From an uncultured Gammaproteobacteria bacterium (GTDB lineage: Bacteria > Pseudomonadota > Gammaproteobacteria > Steroidobacterales > Steroidobacteraceae), in contig CAVVDZ010000006.1 in the NCBI GenBank assembly GCA_963747145.1, positions 311,756 to 375,755 of the forward strand: DNA of 64,000 nt. The letters run 5' to 3'. Shown piece by piece: positions 52,019 through 61,658 of the stretch. Under the pieces are notes generated by a model. That model was not told the DNA's origin, searched no databases, and saw only the letters and a program-made list of their open reading frames with translations. Positions within the stretch are counted from its first letter, which is position 1; every line of letters starts with the position of its first letter. The position numbers were made by a program, and so were the translations under genes.

Positions 52019-53009
52019 ATGGGTCCCATTCTGGTCACCGGCGGCGCCGGTTACATCGGCAGCCACGTCGCTCGCCAGCTCGGAGAGCGTGGTGAACTGC
52101 TTCACATTCTCGACAATCTGTCGACGGGCTTTCGGTCGGCGGTCCTGCATGGCGAATTGACGGTCGGCGATACCGGCGATGCCGGGCTGGTCCTCGATCT
52201 CCTCCAAAAACACCGGATTGAAAGCGTCCTGCATTTCGCGGCCCATATCGTCGTGCCGGAATCGGTTGCCGATCCGCTGAAGTACTACCGCAACAACACC
52301 TGCGCCACCCGAAACCTGCTCGAGTGCTGCGTGCGGGCTGGCGTCAAGCACGTGATCTTCTCCTCGACGGCCGCCGTCTACGGATTGCCCGCGGGCGGCC
52401 GGGCGTCGGAGGACACGCCGACGGTGCCCATCAATCCCTACGGCCAGTCAAAGCTGATGAGCGAATGGATGCTGCGCGATACCTCCGCCGCCTATCCGCT
52501 GCGCCACGTCGCGCTTCGATATTTCAATGTGGCCGGCGCCGACCCCGGCGGCCGCATCGGCCAATCGACCCCCGAGGCCACGCATCTGCTGAAGGTCGCC
52601 TGCGAGCACGCGGTCGGGAAGCGCGATTCCGTGTCGATCTTTGGCACGGACTACGACACGCCGGATGGCACGGGCGTGCGGGACTACATCCATGTCGAGG
52701 ACCTTGCCGATGCCCACCTGAAGGCGCTCGATTACCTCCGCACGGGCGGTGTTTCCGCGACCCTCAATTGCGGCTACGGCAAGGGCTACAGCGTCCGCGA
52801 AATGCTCGACATGGTCGCCAGGGTTGCAGGCAAGAAGCTCGTGGTTCGGGAAGCCCCCCGCCGCGCGGGCGACCCGTCGGAGCTCGTGGCAATTGCGGAT
52901 CGAATCCGGAAGACACTCGGCTGGCAGCCTCAGCTATGCCGACCTGGAAGGTATCGTCAGGACCGCGTTGGCCTGGGAACGGCGGCTGGCGGGCCAGCCG
53001 CCCTCCTAG
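52019..53009 (+). pseudogene. galE: UDP-glucose 4-epimerase with one inserted base near the 3' end
   Basis: MGPILVTGGAGYIGSH, SSTAAVYG, PYGQSKL, RYFNVAGADP. After LGWQPQ the frame shifts at an extra c at 52934. The conserved tail YADLEGIVRTALAWERRLAGQPPS-stop (53007..53009) is in the +1 frame. Confidence 0.87.
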
Positions 53010-53049
53010 CGGCGCGCCGCTGCCACGCGTTCCGGCTACGATTCGACCT

Positions 53050-54522
53050 ATGCGACTGCCCCGCCCCCGCTCTCTGACCAGCCTGATGATCCTGGGGCTG
53101 CTGCTGGTCGTCGTGCCGCTGGCCTTCGCCCTGGCCCAGGCCGTCATCCAGCTGCGCCAGCTGGCGGACGAAACCGAAACCCTGGTCCGCGAGGGCGTGG
53201 AACTCGCAGGCCAGACCCAGGCCTTGTTCAGGCACCTCTCGGCCTACGAGCGGACAGCCACCCTCTACCTGCTGCTCGCAGATCCGAGCTATCTCGAAAC
53301 GACGCGCATCACCCAGCAGCAGATCGCGGAAACCACCGATCGCCTCGCCGCCCTGCCGCTGGCCCACGACGGCCCGGGCGTCGATCCGCGGGCGCTGAAA
53401 GCGGCTACCGTCGGTGCCCTCGCCGTGCTGGAGTTTGCCGATCCCCAGCAGGCCAATCGCGCCGACATGCTGAACGCGCGCCTCTCGGAGGTGTATAGCG
53501 AAGCGGACACGCTGTCCGACAGTGCCCACGAGTTGCTGGAAACGCGGCTTCACGACCTGTCGGCCCAGGCCGGCAATACGCGCCGCCAACTCTACCTGTG
53601 GATGGCCGCCTTGATCCCGGTGGCACTCGCCCTCGCGTTCATGTTCACCCGCGGCGTGCTGCGGCCATTGCGCAGCGTGGACCGCGCGATCACCGATCTC
53701 GGCAATGGCAGCTTTTCGCAGCCGATCGCGATCAGGGGTTCATCGGACATCGAGGCCCTCGGCCGCCAGCTCGAATGGCTGCGCGTGCGCCTGCTGGAAC
53801 TCGCCCAGGAAAAGAACCGGTTCCTGCGCTACATGTCGCATGAACTGAAAACGCCGCTCGCCAATATCCGCGAGGGAACCGATCTTCTGCTCGACGGGGC
53901 GGTCGGCAACATCGGCCCGGAGCAGCGCGAAGTCACGGATATCATGCGGCAGAACGCGCTGCGCCTTCAGCAGCTGATCGAAAACCTGCTGTCCTACAGC
54001 GCCTGGCAGATGCAGACCACAAGTCTCGAAACTTCGAGCTTCAACCTGGGCGCGGTGATCGCATCCAGCTTCATGACGCAGCGACTGACCATTGCCGCGC
54101 GGCGCATCCGCGTCCAGAAGGACGTCGAAGACGTCACCTTGAGGGCCGACAAGGCGAAGATTCGGCTCGTCCTCGACAATCTGCTGTCGAACGCGCTGAA
54201 GTTCACGCCCGAAGGGGGCAACATCACGGTCAGGGTGCGAAAGAGCCCGCCCGGACTGGTCCTGGATTTCGCGGACAGTGGCCCCGGCATCCCATTGCAG
54301 GAGCGAGAGCGCATTTTCGAGCCGTTCTACACTGGCAGTACGCCGCAGGCCGGCCCGTTGAAGGGCTCGGGAATCGGCCTTTCGATCGTTGCGGAATTTG
54401 TCGCCGCCCATGGCGGCAAAGTCGAACTCGTGCAAGGCGAATTCCCGGGTGCGCACTTTCGAATCAGCCTGCCATCCGCAGCAGTCGTCGACACGCCGGT
54501 CGAGATCCGCGCACGTGCGTAG
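53050..54522 (+). CDS. Sensor histidine kinase (2 TM, HAMP, HisKA, HATPase), GlrK/QseE-like by context
   Basis: I trimmed the 732-aa track ORF to the ATG at 53050: MRLPRPRSLTSLMILGLLLVVVPLAFALA. A second TM segment is followed by a HAMP-like region, the H-box FLRYMSHELKTPLANI, and GSGIGLSIV. A lipoprotein gene and a GlrR-like regulator gene follow. Confidence 0.8.
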   Translation: MRLPRPRSLTSLMILGLLLVVVPLAFALAQAVIQLRQLADETETLVREGVELAGQTQALFRHLSAYERTATLYLLLADPSYLETTRITQQQIAETTDRLAALPLAHDGPGVDPRALKAATVGALAVLEFADPQQANRADMLNARLSEVYSEADTLSDSAHELLETRLHDLSAQAGNTRRQLYLWMAALIPVALALAFMFTRGVLRPLRSVDRAITDLGNGSFSQPIAIRGSSDIEALGRQLEWLRVRLLELAQEKNRFLRYMSHELKTPLANIREGTDLLLDGAVGNIGPEQREVTDIMRQNALRLQQLIENLLSYSAWQMQTTSLETSSFNLGAVIASSFMTQRLTIAARRIRVQKDVEDVTLRADKAKIRLVLDNLLSNALKFTPEGGNITVRVRKSPPGLVLDFADSGPGIPLQERERIFEPFYTGSTPQAGPLKGSGIGLSIVAEFVAAHGGKVELVQGEFPGAHFRISLPSAAVVDTPVEIRARA

Positions 54523-55135
54523 GCAATGGCTCTGGGGCACTACGGTTTCCTGCCTGCTGTTGGGCGGCTGCTCGCTGGTCGAAGACTTCAATTCGCACAA
54601 GGCGAAAGCGGAGGCGCGGCCGACCGATCCGGGCCGCGAGGCGGCGCTGGTCGCCGAATACCTGAAAGCGCTCGAACTCCTGGCAAGCGGCACGCCGGCC
54701 GAACAGGCCGAGCTTGCGGAACAGGCGCGCAGTCAGTCTGCGACTGACCCCACGATCTTCAATCGTCTGCGCTACGCCCTCGTGCTGGCGATGCCCGGCC
54801 ACAATGCGAGCGATTCCATGGCGGCCCGGGACCGTCTGGGGGCGCTGCTGGCCGGACCCGAGCTGCTGCTGCCGGCCGAGGTCGCCATCGCCAACGTGAT
54901 GCAGCGCGAAGTCGATGCGCGCATTGCGCTCGAAGTCACGAACAAGCGCCTGGCGACGGAATCATCCGTCCAGGAACAGAGCCAGGTCCAGGCACTGACA
55001 CGGCGCCTGCAGTCCCAGACCGCGGAAATCGCGCGACTGCGCCAGGAGCTTTCGGAAGCGCTGGCCAAGCTCGAGGCCGTCGCGACCCTCGAACGCAACA
55101 TCGCCGAACGCAACAATTCGGACAGGCCGCCATGA
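54515..55135 (+). CDS. Coiled-coil lipoprotein between kinase and regulator (QseG-position protein)
   Basis: The GTG at 54515 overlaps the kinase stop. N-terminus: RRQWLWGTTVSCLLLGGCSLV (lipobox LLGGC). The C-terminal part is heptad-rich (QALTRRLQSQTAEIARLRQELSEALAKLEAV). The stop overlaps the regulator ATG. Confidence 0.55.
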   Translation: MRRQWLWGTTVSCLLLGGCSLVEDFNSHKAKAEARPTDPGREAALVAEYLKALELLASGTPAEQAELAEQARSQSATDPTIFNRLRYALVLAMPGHNASDSMAARDRLGALLAGPELLLPAEVAIANVMQREVDARIALEVTNKRLATESSVQEQSQVQALTRRLQSQTAEIARLRQELSEALAKLEAVATLERNIAERNNSDRPP

Positions 55136-56415
55136 AGCACGAATTCGGACGCAGACCTCGCGTTGCGCTCGTGGACGACGATCCGGGCCTGCTGCGATTG
55201 CTGACGATCCGCCTCAAGTCGGAAGGATTCGACGTCGCGGCCTGCGAAAGCGCGTCCCAGGCGCTGGTATCCATCAAGAGTTTCCGGCCCGACGTGGTCG
55301 TCACCGACCTGCGCATGGCCAAGATGGACGGCATCGGCCTGCTGCGCGAACTCCAGCGCCGTCACCCCGCCATGCCCGTAATCCTGATGACGGCCCACGG
55401 CACGATTCCGGATGCCGTCGAGGCGACCAAGAGCGGGGCCTTCGCCTTCCTCACCAAGCCGGTCGAAAAGGAACAGCTGCTCGAGCAGCTCGAAAAGGCA
55501 TTGCGCGTCTCGGGTTCCGTTTCACCGGACGAGGAGTGGCGCACCGACATCGTGACCCGCAACCGGGTGATGGAGGAGCGGCTCGCGCGCGCCCAGCAGG
55601 CGGCGAAGTCCACAACCCCGATCTTGATCTCCGGCCAGCCCGGCACCGGCAAGAAGCTCCTCGCCCACGCCATCCACCGGGCGAGTCCCCGCTGCGAAAG
55701 CAGTTTTGTGCAGGTTGCCTGCGCGAGTGCGACCGCGAACGATATTTGCGCCCTCCTGGCCGGCAAGGCGGGGCCGGCCGAAGTCCATGTCGGAACGATC
55801 TTTCTCGACGAGATCGCCGACCTCGACCGCCAGGAACAGACATCGCTCGCGACACAGCTGGAGAACACGGCGCTCATCGGTGACCGGCTGTTGATTTCCG
55901 CATCGGCGCGCGACCTGTCGGCCGCGATCGCGAAGGGACACTTCCGCGAGGAACTCTACTACCGCCTCGGCGCGCTGCAGATCGACCTCCCGCCGCTCTC
56001 CCAGCGGCGCGACGACATCCCGTTGCTCGCAGCGCTCTTCCTCGACGATCTCGCGGTGCAGGGCGGCGCACGCCATGTGCTGGCGCCGGAGGCCGTCGAA
56101 TTCCTGATGTCCGCCGAATGGCCCGGCAACATCGCGCAGTTGCGCAATGTCGTCGGCCAGGCGGCGGCGACGGCTCCGGGACCGGTCCTCAGCCCGGAAC
56201 TCGTGCAGCAGGCCCTGGGCGGCGGTGGCGCCGTCCGGCTTTCGACATTCGACGAGGCTCGCGACGAGTTCACGCGCACCTACCTCGCTCAGCTCCTGCA
56301 GATCACGCGCGGCAACGTCACGCAGGCGGCCAAACTCGCAGGCCGGAACAGGACCGATTTCTACAAGCTGCTCGGCCGGCACGAGGTGCAGCCGGACGAG
56401 TTCAAGCAGCGATGA
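55132..56415 (+). CDS. NtrC-family response regulator, GlrR/QseF-like, with a degenerate AAA+ sigma-54 activation domain
   Basis: Receiver domain (VALVDDDPGLLRLL, VVTDLRMAKMDG). Walker A GQPGTGKK and Walker B IFLDEIADL. The C-terminal HTH, LQITRGNVTQAAKLAGRNRTDFYKLLGRHEVQPDEFKQ, closely parallels E. coli GlrR as I remember it. The segment where ESELFGHxxGAFTGA should lie instead reads ICALLAGKAGPAEVHVG. Confidence 0.82.
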   Translation: MKHEFGRRPRVALVDDDPGLLRLLTIRLKSEGFDVAACESASQALVSIKSFRPDVVVTDLRMAKMDGIGLLRELQRRHPAMPVILMTAHGTIPDAVEATKSGAFAFLTKPVEKEQLLEQLEKALRVSGSVSPDEEWRTDIVTRNRVMEERLARAQQAAKSTTPILISGQPGTGKKLLAHAIHRASPRCESSFVQVACASATANDICALLAGKAGPAEVHVGTIFLDEIADLDRQEQTSLATQLENTALIGDRLLISASARDLSAAIAKGHFREELYYRLGALQIDLPPLSQRRDDIPLLAALFLDDLAVQGGARHVLAPEAVEFLMSAEWPGNIAQLRNVVGQAAATAPGPVLSPELVQQALGGGGAVRLSTFDEARDEFTRTYLAQLLQITRGNVTQAAKLAGRNRTDFYKLLGRHEVQPDEFKQR

Positions 56416-56422
56416 TTCCCCC

Positions 56423-57421
56423 ATGCGACAGGCCCTGATCAAGGTCGCGGGATCATTGGGGGCCTGGTCGCTGACCCGGCGCCTGACCCGTCGCGTGCCG
56501 CGCATTTTCATGCTGCACCGGTTCTCGTCGCGGCCCGATCCGCGCGCTACCGATGCCGAGTCTCTTGGCCGATTCCTGGATCGCGTCAGCAGCGAGTGCG
56601 AGATGCTCTCCTTGCGCGACCTGGTTGCGAGATTCGACGACCCGGCACCCGCCCGGCGGACCCTTGCCTGCATCACGGTGGATGATGGCTACGAGGATTT
56701 CTACACGGTTGCCCTGCCGATCCTCGCTGAGCGCGGCATACCCGCCACGATCTTTGCGACGGCAGGATTCATCGACGGGCAATGCTGGCTGTGGTGGGAT
56801 GCATTGCGTTACCTGATCGACGCTCAACCGCCCGGCATGTTGCGCGTCGACCTGTCTGGGCAAGGTTTTTCGCTGCGTGTCGACGATGCAGCATCGCGCC
56901 ACGCCGCATGGTCCACGATCGCGGAGTTTCTGGTGCCAAGGAATGAAGCCCGCGGCACGGCATTCGCGCAACTTCAGGCCGCTGCCCAGATCGCCCTCCC
57001 CGCGCATCCCACAGCCCCATTTAAGCCGATGTGCTGGGACCAGCTCCGGGAAGCGGAGCGCGCCGGAATTGAAATCGGGGGCCACACGATGACCCACGCG
57101 TTCCTGCCGTCCCTCGATGCGGCTGGTTTGCGTCACGAACTCGATGATGCCAAGGCGCTTCTCGAGCAGCACCTCAACCGGCCGGTCGAGACATTTGCCT
57201 ACCCGAACGGCATGCCAGAAGACTGCACGCCAGCGGTGGCACACGCGGTCGCTGCCGCGGGATTTGCAGCCGCTGTGGTAGCGTATCTGGTGCCATTTAC
57301 CCGGACCAATCGATATTTCCTTGGGCGTTGGTCTGCTGTGCCGAGCGACCAGGAACTCGAGCACATCCTTAGTGGCGCCAGCATTCTTGCAATGCGCGCC
57401 CGCGGCGCAGCGGAGGTCTGA
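56423..57421 (+). CDS. Polysaccharide deacetylase (NodB-homology) family protein
   Basis: I trimmed the track ORF to the ATG at 56423. Contains CITVDDGYEDFY and IGGHTMTH NodB motifs, plus FAYPNG. Confidence 0.8.
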   Translation: MRQALIKVAGSLGAWSLTRRLTRRVPRIFMLHRFSSRPDPRATDAESLGRFLDRVSSECEMLSLRDLVARFDDPAPARRTLACITVDDGYEDFYTVALPILAERGIPATIFATAGFIDGQCWLWWDALRYLIDAQPPGMLRVDLSGQGFSLRVDDAASRHAAWSTIAEFLVPRNEARGTAFAQLQAAAQIALPAHPTAPFKPMCWDQLREAERAGIEIGGHTMTHAFLPSLDAAGLRHELDDAKALLEQHLNRPVETFAYPNGMPEDCTPAVAHAVAAAGFAAAVVAYLVPFTRTNRYFLGRWSAVPSDQELEHILSGASILAMRARGAAEV

Positions 57422-57444
57422 AATCTTGGCGAATCTCATCGTTC

Positions 57445-58335
57445 GTGCCCACCGTGAGCGTGGTCATCGCAACCTACAACATGGGCATACATGTCTCGCA
57501 GGCGGTGGCCTCGGTACTCGCACAGGAACCCAATGACCTCGAGGTTGTTGTCGTCGACGATGGTTCGACCGACTCGACGCTGGAAGTGCTGAGTGCTTAT
57601 GCCAGTGATCCCCGTGTCACCGTGATTGCCCAAGCCAACCTCGGGCAGCCCAAGGCTAAGAACGCAGGAATTCGCGCCTGCAAGGGTCGATTCATTGCTT
57701 TCTGCGACGCCGATGATTACTGGCTGCCGGGCAAACTCGCAAAGCAGATGCCGTTGTTCGAGAAGGATCCGCGGGTGGGCGTGGTTTATAGTCGCGCGGC
57801 CGTACCGCAATCGGATGGCTCGCTGAAGCATTCGACGGAGCGGCAGTTCTTTCGCGGTGATGTCTTACAGCAGTTGTTCGTGCGGAACATCGTCCCATTT
57901 GGGACCGCCGTCGTCCGCAAGGAATGCCTCGACCAGGTCGGATATTTCGACGAGTCGATTCCGATGGGGATCGATTGGGATCTCTGGCTCCGCGTTGCCG
58001 CGCACTGGCACTTCGACTATTCGCCCGAACCGACGTATGCCTATCGGATCTGGAGCGGCCAGATGTCCCACAACTGGCGCGGCCGATATGATTGTGCGCT
58101 CAAGATCATGGATCGATTTCTGGAATCTCATCCTGGCCTCGTGTCACCTGGAGTGGTTGCCGTCGCCTATGCTGACACATACACGAACCTTGCGACGCTC
58201 CACCTTCAGCATTCCGGTGTCAGCGCTTGCGCAAAGTACCTGGCTCGTGCGCTCGCACACCGCGTGACTTACTGGCCCGCATGGCGGTTGTTGATGGGCA
58301 TTCCTTATCACGCGCTACGGTCGCTGCGCACCTGA
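57445..58335 (+). CDS. Family 2 glycosyltransferase
   Basis: VSVVIATYNMG, VVVVDDGSTDST and FCDADDYW (DxD) motifs. GTG start. Confidence 0.85.
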   Translation: MPTVSVVIATYNMGIHVSQAVASVLAQEPNDLEVVVVDDGSTDSTLEVLSAYASDPRVTVIAQANLGQPKAKNAGIRACKGRFIAFCDADDYWLPGKLAKQMPLFEKDPRVGVVYSRAAVPQSDGSLKHSTERQFFRGDVLQQLFVRNIVPFGTAVVRKECLDQVGYFDESIPMGIDWDLWLRVAAHWHFDYSPEPTYAYRIWSGQMSHNWRGRYDCALKIMDRFLESHPGLVSPGVVAVAYADTYTNLATLHLQHSGVSACAKYLARALAHRVTYWPAWRLLMGIPYHALRSLRT

Positions 58336-58364
58336 AACTCCTGAACGCACTAGTAGTCGCGAAG

Positions 58365-59483
58365 TTGGACAATAGCATCCAGGTCACAAAGACGCGTCAC
58401 GTAGAGGAAATTGGCAAGGACGCGTGGAATGACTTATGGCGGCGCTCCGAGGTTCCAACTATCTTTGCCCGCTACGAATGGGCGCATGCGTGGTCGATCA
58501 GCCTCGGAAAAAGCGGTGACATCCGGACTTACGCCGCATGGGTCGACGGCCGATTGGTGGGCCTCCTTCCAACCGTCTGGCCAGGACCGGAAGCCGCAAG
58601 GCGATCGCCCGTGAGATTGGTCGGTGACTACCAGGCCGATTACGCTGCGATACTCACCGAATCCGGCGTGCAGGGAACACTCTCGGCGCTCCTCGAAAAG
58701 GTCAGTGGGGATTTGGCCAGCACTGGCCGGCTGATTCTCAGTGACGTGCGCAGCGATTCTCCACACGCGAGACAACTGAATCACTCAGTCTCCGGTGCCA
58801 TGGCGCGATGGCGTCTCACGCAACGTGTCACATGCCCGCGCACCAGCCTGACGCCGGCCCGTACGCAGCAGCTTGCCAACAAGGACAGCCTGCGACGTCA
58901 TGCCCGCCAGCTTGCGAAGCTCGGGACTGTCGAGGTCCATCATTTCGACCGCGAGGCGGACATCCTGCCTCGCCTCGACCCATTTTTTTTGCAGCACATT
59001 GCGCGCTGGGCGACAACCGGATCCCCGAGCCTCTTTCACGATGAGTCTGCCCGGGAATTTTATCGGTGCATGGTCTCCGAGTTCTCGGACAGTGGACAAC
59101 TCATTTTTACCGAAGTGCTGCTGAATGGCGTCGCCGTCGCCTCTCATTTCGGCTTCATTTCGGAGGGCGACCTAATCTGGTACAAGCCGACATTTGACCC
59201 GGCATTGTCCCGGATTGCGCCGGGCGAGGTCCTGCTGCGGGAACTGTTGATTCTGGCTGGATCACGTGAATTGACCGGTTTTGATTTCACTCGCGGCGAT
59301 GAGTCATTCAAGATGAGATTCGCCGACGACACCAGGTCTGCCGATACCTACGTGTTTTACGCGAACTCCTGTATGGCATTTGCCGCTCGCGGCATGGGGG
59401 CTTTGAGAGTTGCGGTGAAAAAAGCATTGCCGCATTCAATGCTTTCAATGATTCGTAGCTGGGTCCGTCGGTCCGGGCTCTGA
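58365..59483 (+). CDS. CelD/BcsL/FemAB-like GNAT acetyltransferase family protein (start uncertain)
   Basis: WNDLWRRSEVPTIFARYEWAHAW..., C-terminal LNGVAVASHFGF...LIWYKPTFDPALSRIAPGEVLLRELL...FDFTRGDESFKMRFA. This pattern is typical of the Acetyltransf_6 / cellulose-biosynthesis CelD-like family. The TTG at 58365 is the first plausible start after the GT2 stop. Confidence 0.6.
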   Translation: MDNSIQVTKTRHVEEIGKDAWNDLWRRSEVPTIFARYEWAHAWSISLGKSGDIRTYAAWVDGRLVGLLPTVWPGPEAARRSPVRLVGDYQADYAAILTESGVQGTLSALLEKVSGDLASTGRLILSDVRSDSPHARQLNHSVSGAMARWRLTQRVTCPRTSLTPARTQQLANKDSLRRHARQLAKLGTVEVHHFDREADILPRLDPFFLQHIARWATTGSPSLFHDESAREFYRCMVSEFSDSGQLIFTEVLLNGVAVASHFGFISEGDLIWYKPTFDPALSRIAPGEVLLRELLILAGSRELTGFDFTRGDESFKMRFADDTRSADTYVFYANSCMAFAARGMGALRVAVKKALPHSMLSMIRSWVRRSGL

Positions 59484-59495
59484 GAATTACTGCTA

Positions 59496-60494
59496 ATGGG
59501 CATCAGGCACAGATTGGCGTCCTTGCACTTTCCACGGCGCGCAGAGGCACGCGCATTGCGAACCGCCGTCGCAGGTCGCACGACCGTGATGATGTACCAC
59601 GAGGTGCTGCCAGACGGCGTAGGCATTCCCTACTGGAGCCTTGTGAGGGAGTCCGCCTTCAGGCGGCAAATGGCGCATCTTTGCGAGCATTACGAAGTCG
59701 TGTCGGTGGACGCCGCGATGGATCGCATGCAGTCGAGCGAACCATTCAGTCCTAGTTCCCGGCCACTTGCCGTCATCACCTTCGACGACGGCTACGCCGG
59801 AAATTTCAGCTGTGCCCTGCCGATCCTGCGAGAGCTGCAACTGCCATTCACTGTCTATATTGCGACGGCCGCCGTCGAGTCCGGGCAGCGCCATTGGTAT
59901 GACGAAGTGACACGCGGTCTCGTTGCGCTTGGGCGTCGGTCTATCGACATCGCGACATCTCGCGGCCGCCTTGCCTATTCTGGACGCCATCTTTCCGACT
60001 ACAGAAGATGGGAGGCAATCAGCCGTATTCATTCGGCCCTGAAGGAACTGCCGGCTGACGAGCGCCAGGAGATTTCCAGCAGTCTTGCGCCAACCGCGGC
60101 CGTCGCCGATTTGCGGATGATGACGCCGGACGAGCTGCGTCAGCTGTCAAATGAAAAATCCGCGTGCATCGGCTGCCACACGCATGGCCATGACCTTCTC
60201 GATCAGATTTCGCCGGATCAGGCGCGAGAGACGATCCTGCGTGCCCAGGCATTGTTGACCGATTGGACCGGCCGGACACCGCGACACTTCTCATACCCCA
60301 ACGGCAATTTCACGCCCGCATTGGCGCAGCTCGTTGGGCATCTCGGCTTTGCCTCGGCCGTGACGACGCAGGAACGCCAGTGGAGGCCCAGGGACAGCCG
60401 CTACACGATTCCCAGAATCGGCATCGGGCGTTTCGACAATCTCAATCTGTTCCGGGCCAAGATCTCCGGTGCTCTGAGCGGCTCCGCAGAATGA
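59496..60494 (+). CDS. Polysaccharide deacetylase family protein (second copy)
   Basis: VITFDDGYAGNF, IGCHTHGH and FSYPNG NodB motifs. Confidence 0.8.
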   Translation: MGIRHRLASLHFPRRAEARALRTAVAGRTTVMMYHEVLPDGVGIPYWSLVRESAFRRQMAHLCEHYEVVSVDAAMDRMQSSEPFSPSSRPLAVITFDDGYAGNFSCALPILRELQLPFTVYIATAAVESGQRHWYDEVTRGLVALGRRSIDIATSRGRLAYSGRHLSDYRRWEAISRIHSALKELPADERQEISSSLAPTAAVADLRMMTPDELRQLSNEKSACIGCHTHGHDLLDQISPDQARETILRAQALLTDWTGRTPRHFSYPNGNFTPALAQLVGHLGFASAVTTQERQWRPRDSRYTIPRIGIGRFDNLNLFRAKISGALSGSAE

Positions 60495-61651
60495 ATCACC
60501 TCAAGATCTACTATGTCATCGACAAGTACGAAGGGCCATCCAGCGGCACCGAGAAACAGTTGATGATGCTGATCACCGCGCTGATTGGCCTTCAACACGA
60601 GGTTCGACTCTTCGTATTGCGCCACACACCTTATTCGCGGCGAGTTGATGAATTTCCTTGCCCAATCGAATGCCTGAATATCCGCTCCGCACGCTCCATT
60701 CCATCGTTGCGCAAACTACTGGCCTTTCGCGCGCGTATACGCTCGGAACGACCCGATGTCCTCCACGCGTTTTTCAACGACGCGGTCGTTCTTACGCCCC
60801 TGTTTTGCAAGACTCCGGGAATGCTGCTGCTCACTGCCAGACGTGACATGGGCTTCTGGTACACGGCCGAAAAACTGCTGATGCTCAGAATCGCGAATAC
60901 GCGTGTTGACCACATCATTTGCAATAGCCACGCAGTAGCCAGGGAGGTTGCGCGGCGCGAGCACGTCCAAGCGGAGAAGCTGCTCGTCATTCACAATGGC
61001 ATAGCAATCGACGACCCGATGGGCCGGCTGCCGACCCAATCCGATTTTGCCTTGATGCAGGCCATTGAGCAGGAGCCCGACGCAATTCGCATATGCCTCG
61101 TAGCGAATCTACGCCGGATAAAGCGAATTCAAGACTTGATCAAGGCAGCGGCGATCATTTGCCAGGAATTCCCGGATTGCAGGTTCTGGATCATCGGAGA
61201 GCCCCTGGATACGCGCTATGAATCCGAGTTGCATAGTCTCGCAATTGCGCTCGGAGTCGATTCAAGGGTCCGTTTTTTCGGTGCAGTCAGCAATCCCTTC
61301 CATCTGATTCGCAATTGCTCGATTGGCGTACTCGCTTCGTCATCAGAAGGCATGTCAAACAGCATCTTGGAGTACATGCACGCGAGCCTTCCGGTCGTCT
61401 GTTCCGAGGTCGGGGGCAATACGGAGCTGGTAGATCATGGAAAAAACGGCTACATGTATCAAGCCGGAGACGTCGATCTACTCGCTCATTTTCTCATGCG
61501 CCTGATTGGCGACGAGTCAATGCGCGCACGCATGGGAGCGGCGAGTCGCGCCAAGATCGAGCAATTTCCGCCGGAAGACCTGATCCACGACCACCTGCTA
61601 GCCTATGGACTGGATCGTGACGAAATCGCCGGGGTCGAGAACCAGGCGTAA
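60491..61651 (+). CDS. Family 4 (GT-B) glycosyltransferase
   Basis: I trimmed the track ORF to the ATG at 60491, which overlaps the previous stop as ATGA. The C-terminal signature is SSSEGMSNSILEYMHASLPVVCSEVGGNTELVDHGKNGY (EX7E). Confidence 0.85.
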   Translation: MNHLKIYYVIDKYEGPSSGTEKQLMMLITALIGLQHEVRLFVLRHTPYSRRVDEFPCPIECLNIRSARSIPSLRKLLAFRARIRSERPDVLHAFFNDAVVLTPLFCKTPGMLLLTARRDMGFWYTAEKLLMLRIANTRVDHIICNSHAVAREVARREHVQAEKLLVIHNGIAIDDPMGRLPTQSDFALMQAIEQEPDAIRICLVANLRRIKRIQDLIKAAAIICQEFPDCRFWIIGEPLDTRYESELHSLAIALGVDSRVRFFGAVSNPFHLIRNCSIGVLASSSEGMSNSILEYMHASLPVVCSEVGGNTELVDHGKNGYMYQAGDVDLLAHFLMRLIGDESMRARMGAASRAKIEQFPPEDLIHDHLLAYGLDRDEIAGVENQA

Positions 61652-61658
61652 CCCGCCT

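Noticed and set aside
52324-54522. The 732-aa version of the histidine kinase ORF, and similar long N-terminal extensions in the track (for example 3652..5211 lpxB, 7673..10456 bamA, 14255..15229 frr, 16546..17760 rpsB, 37520..38857 cyclase, 56147..57421 deacetylase).
   Set aside because: The extensions overlap the upstream gene or read as Arg-rich junk. Internal starts give canonical N-termini, signal peptides, SD sequences or ATGA/GTGA coupling, so I trimmed the coordinates.
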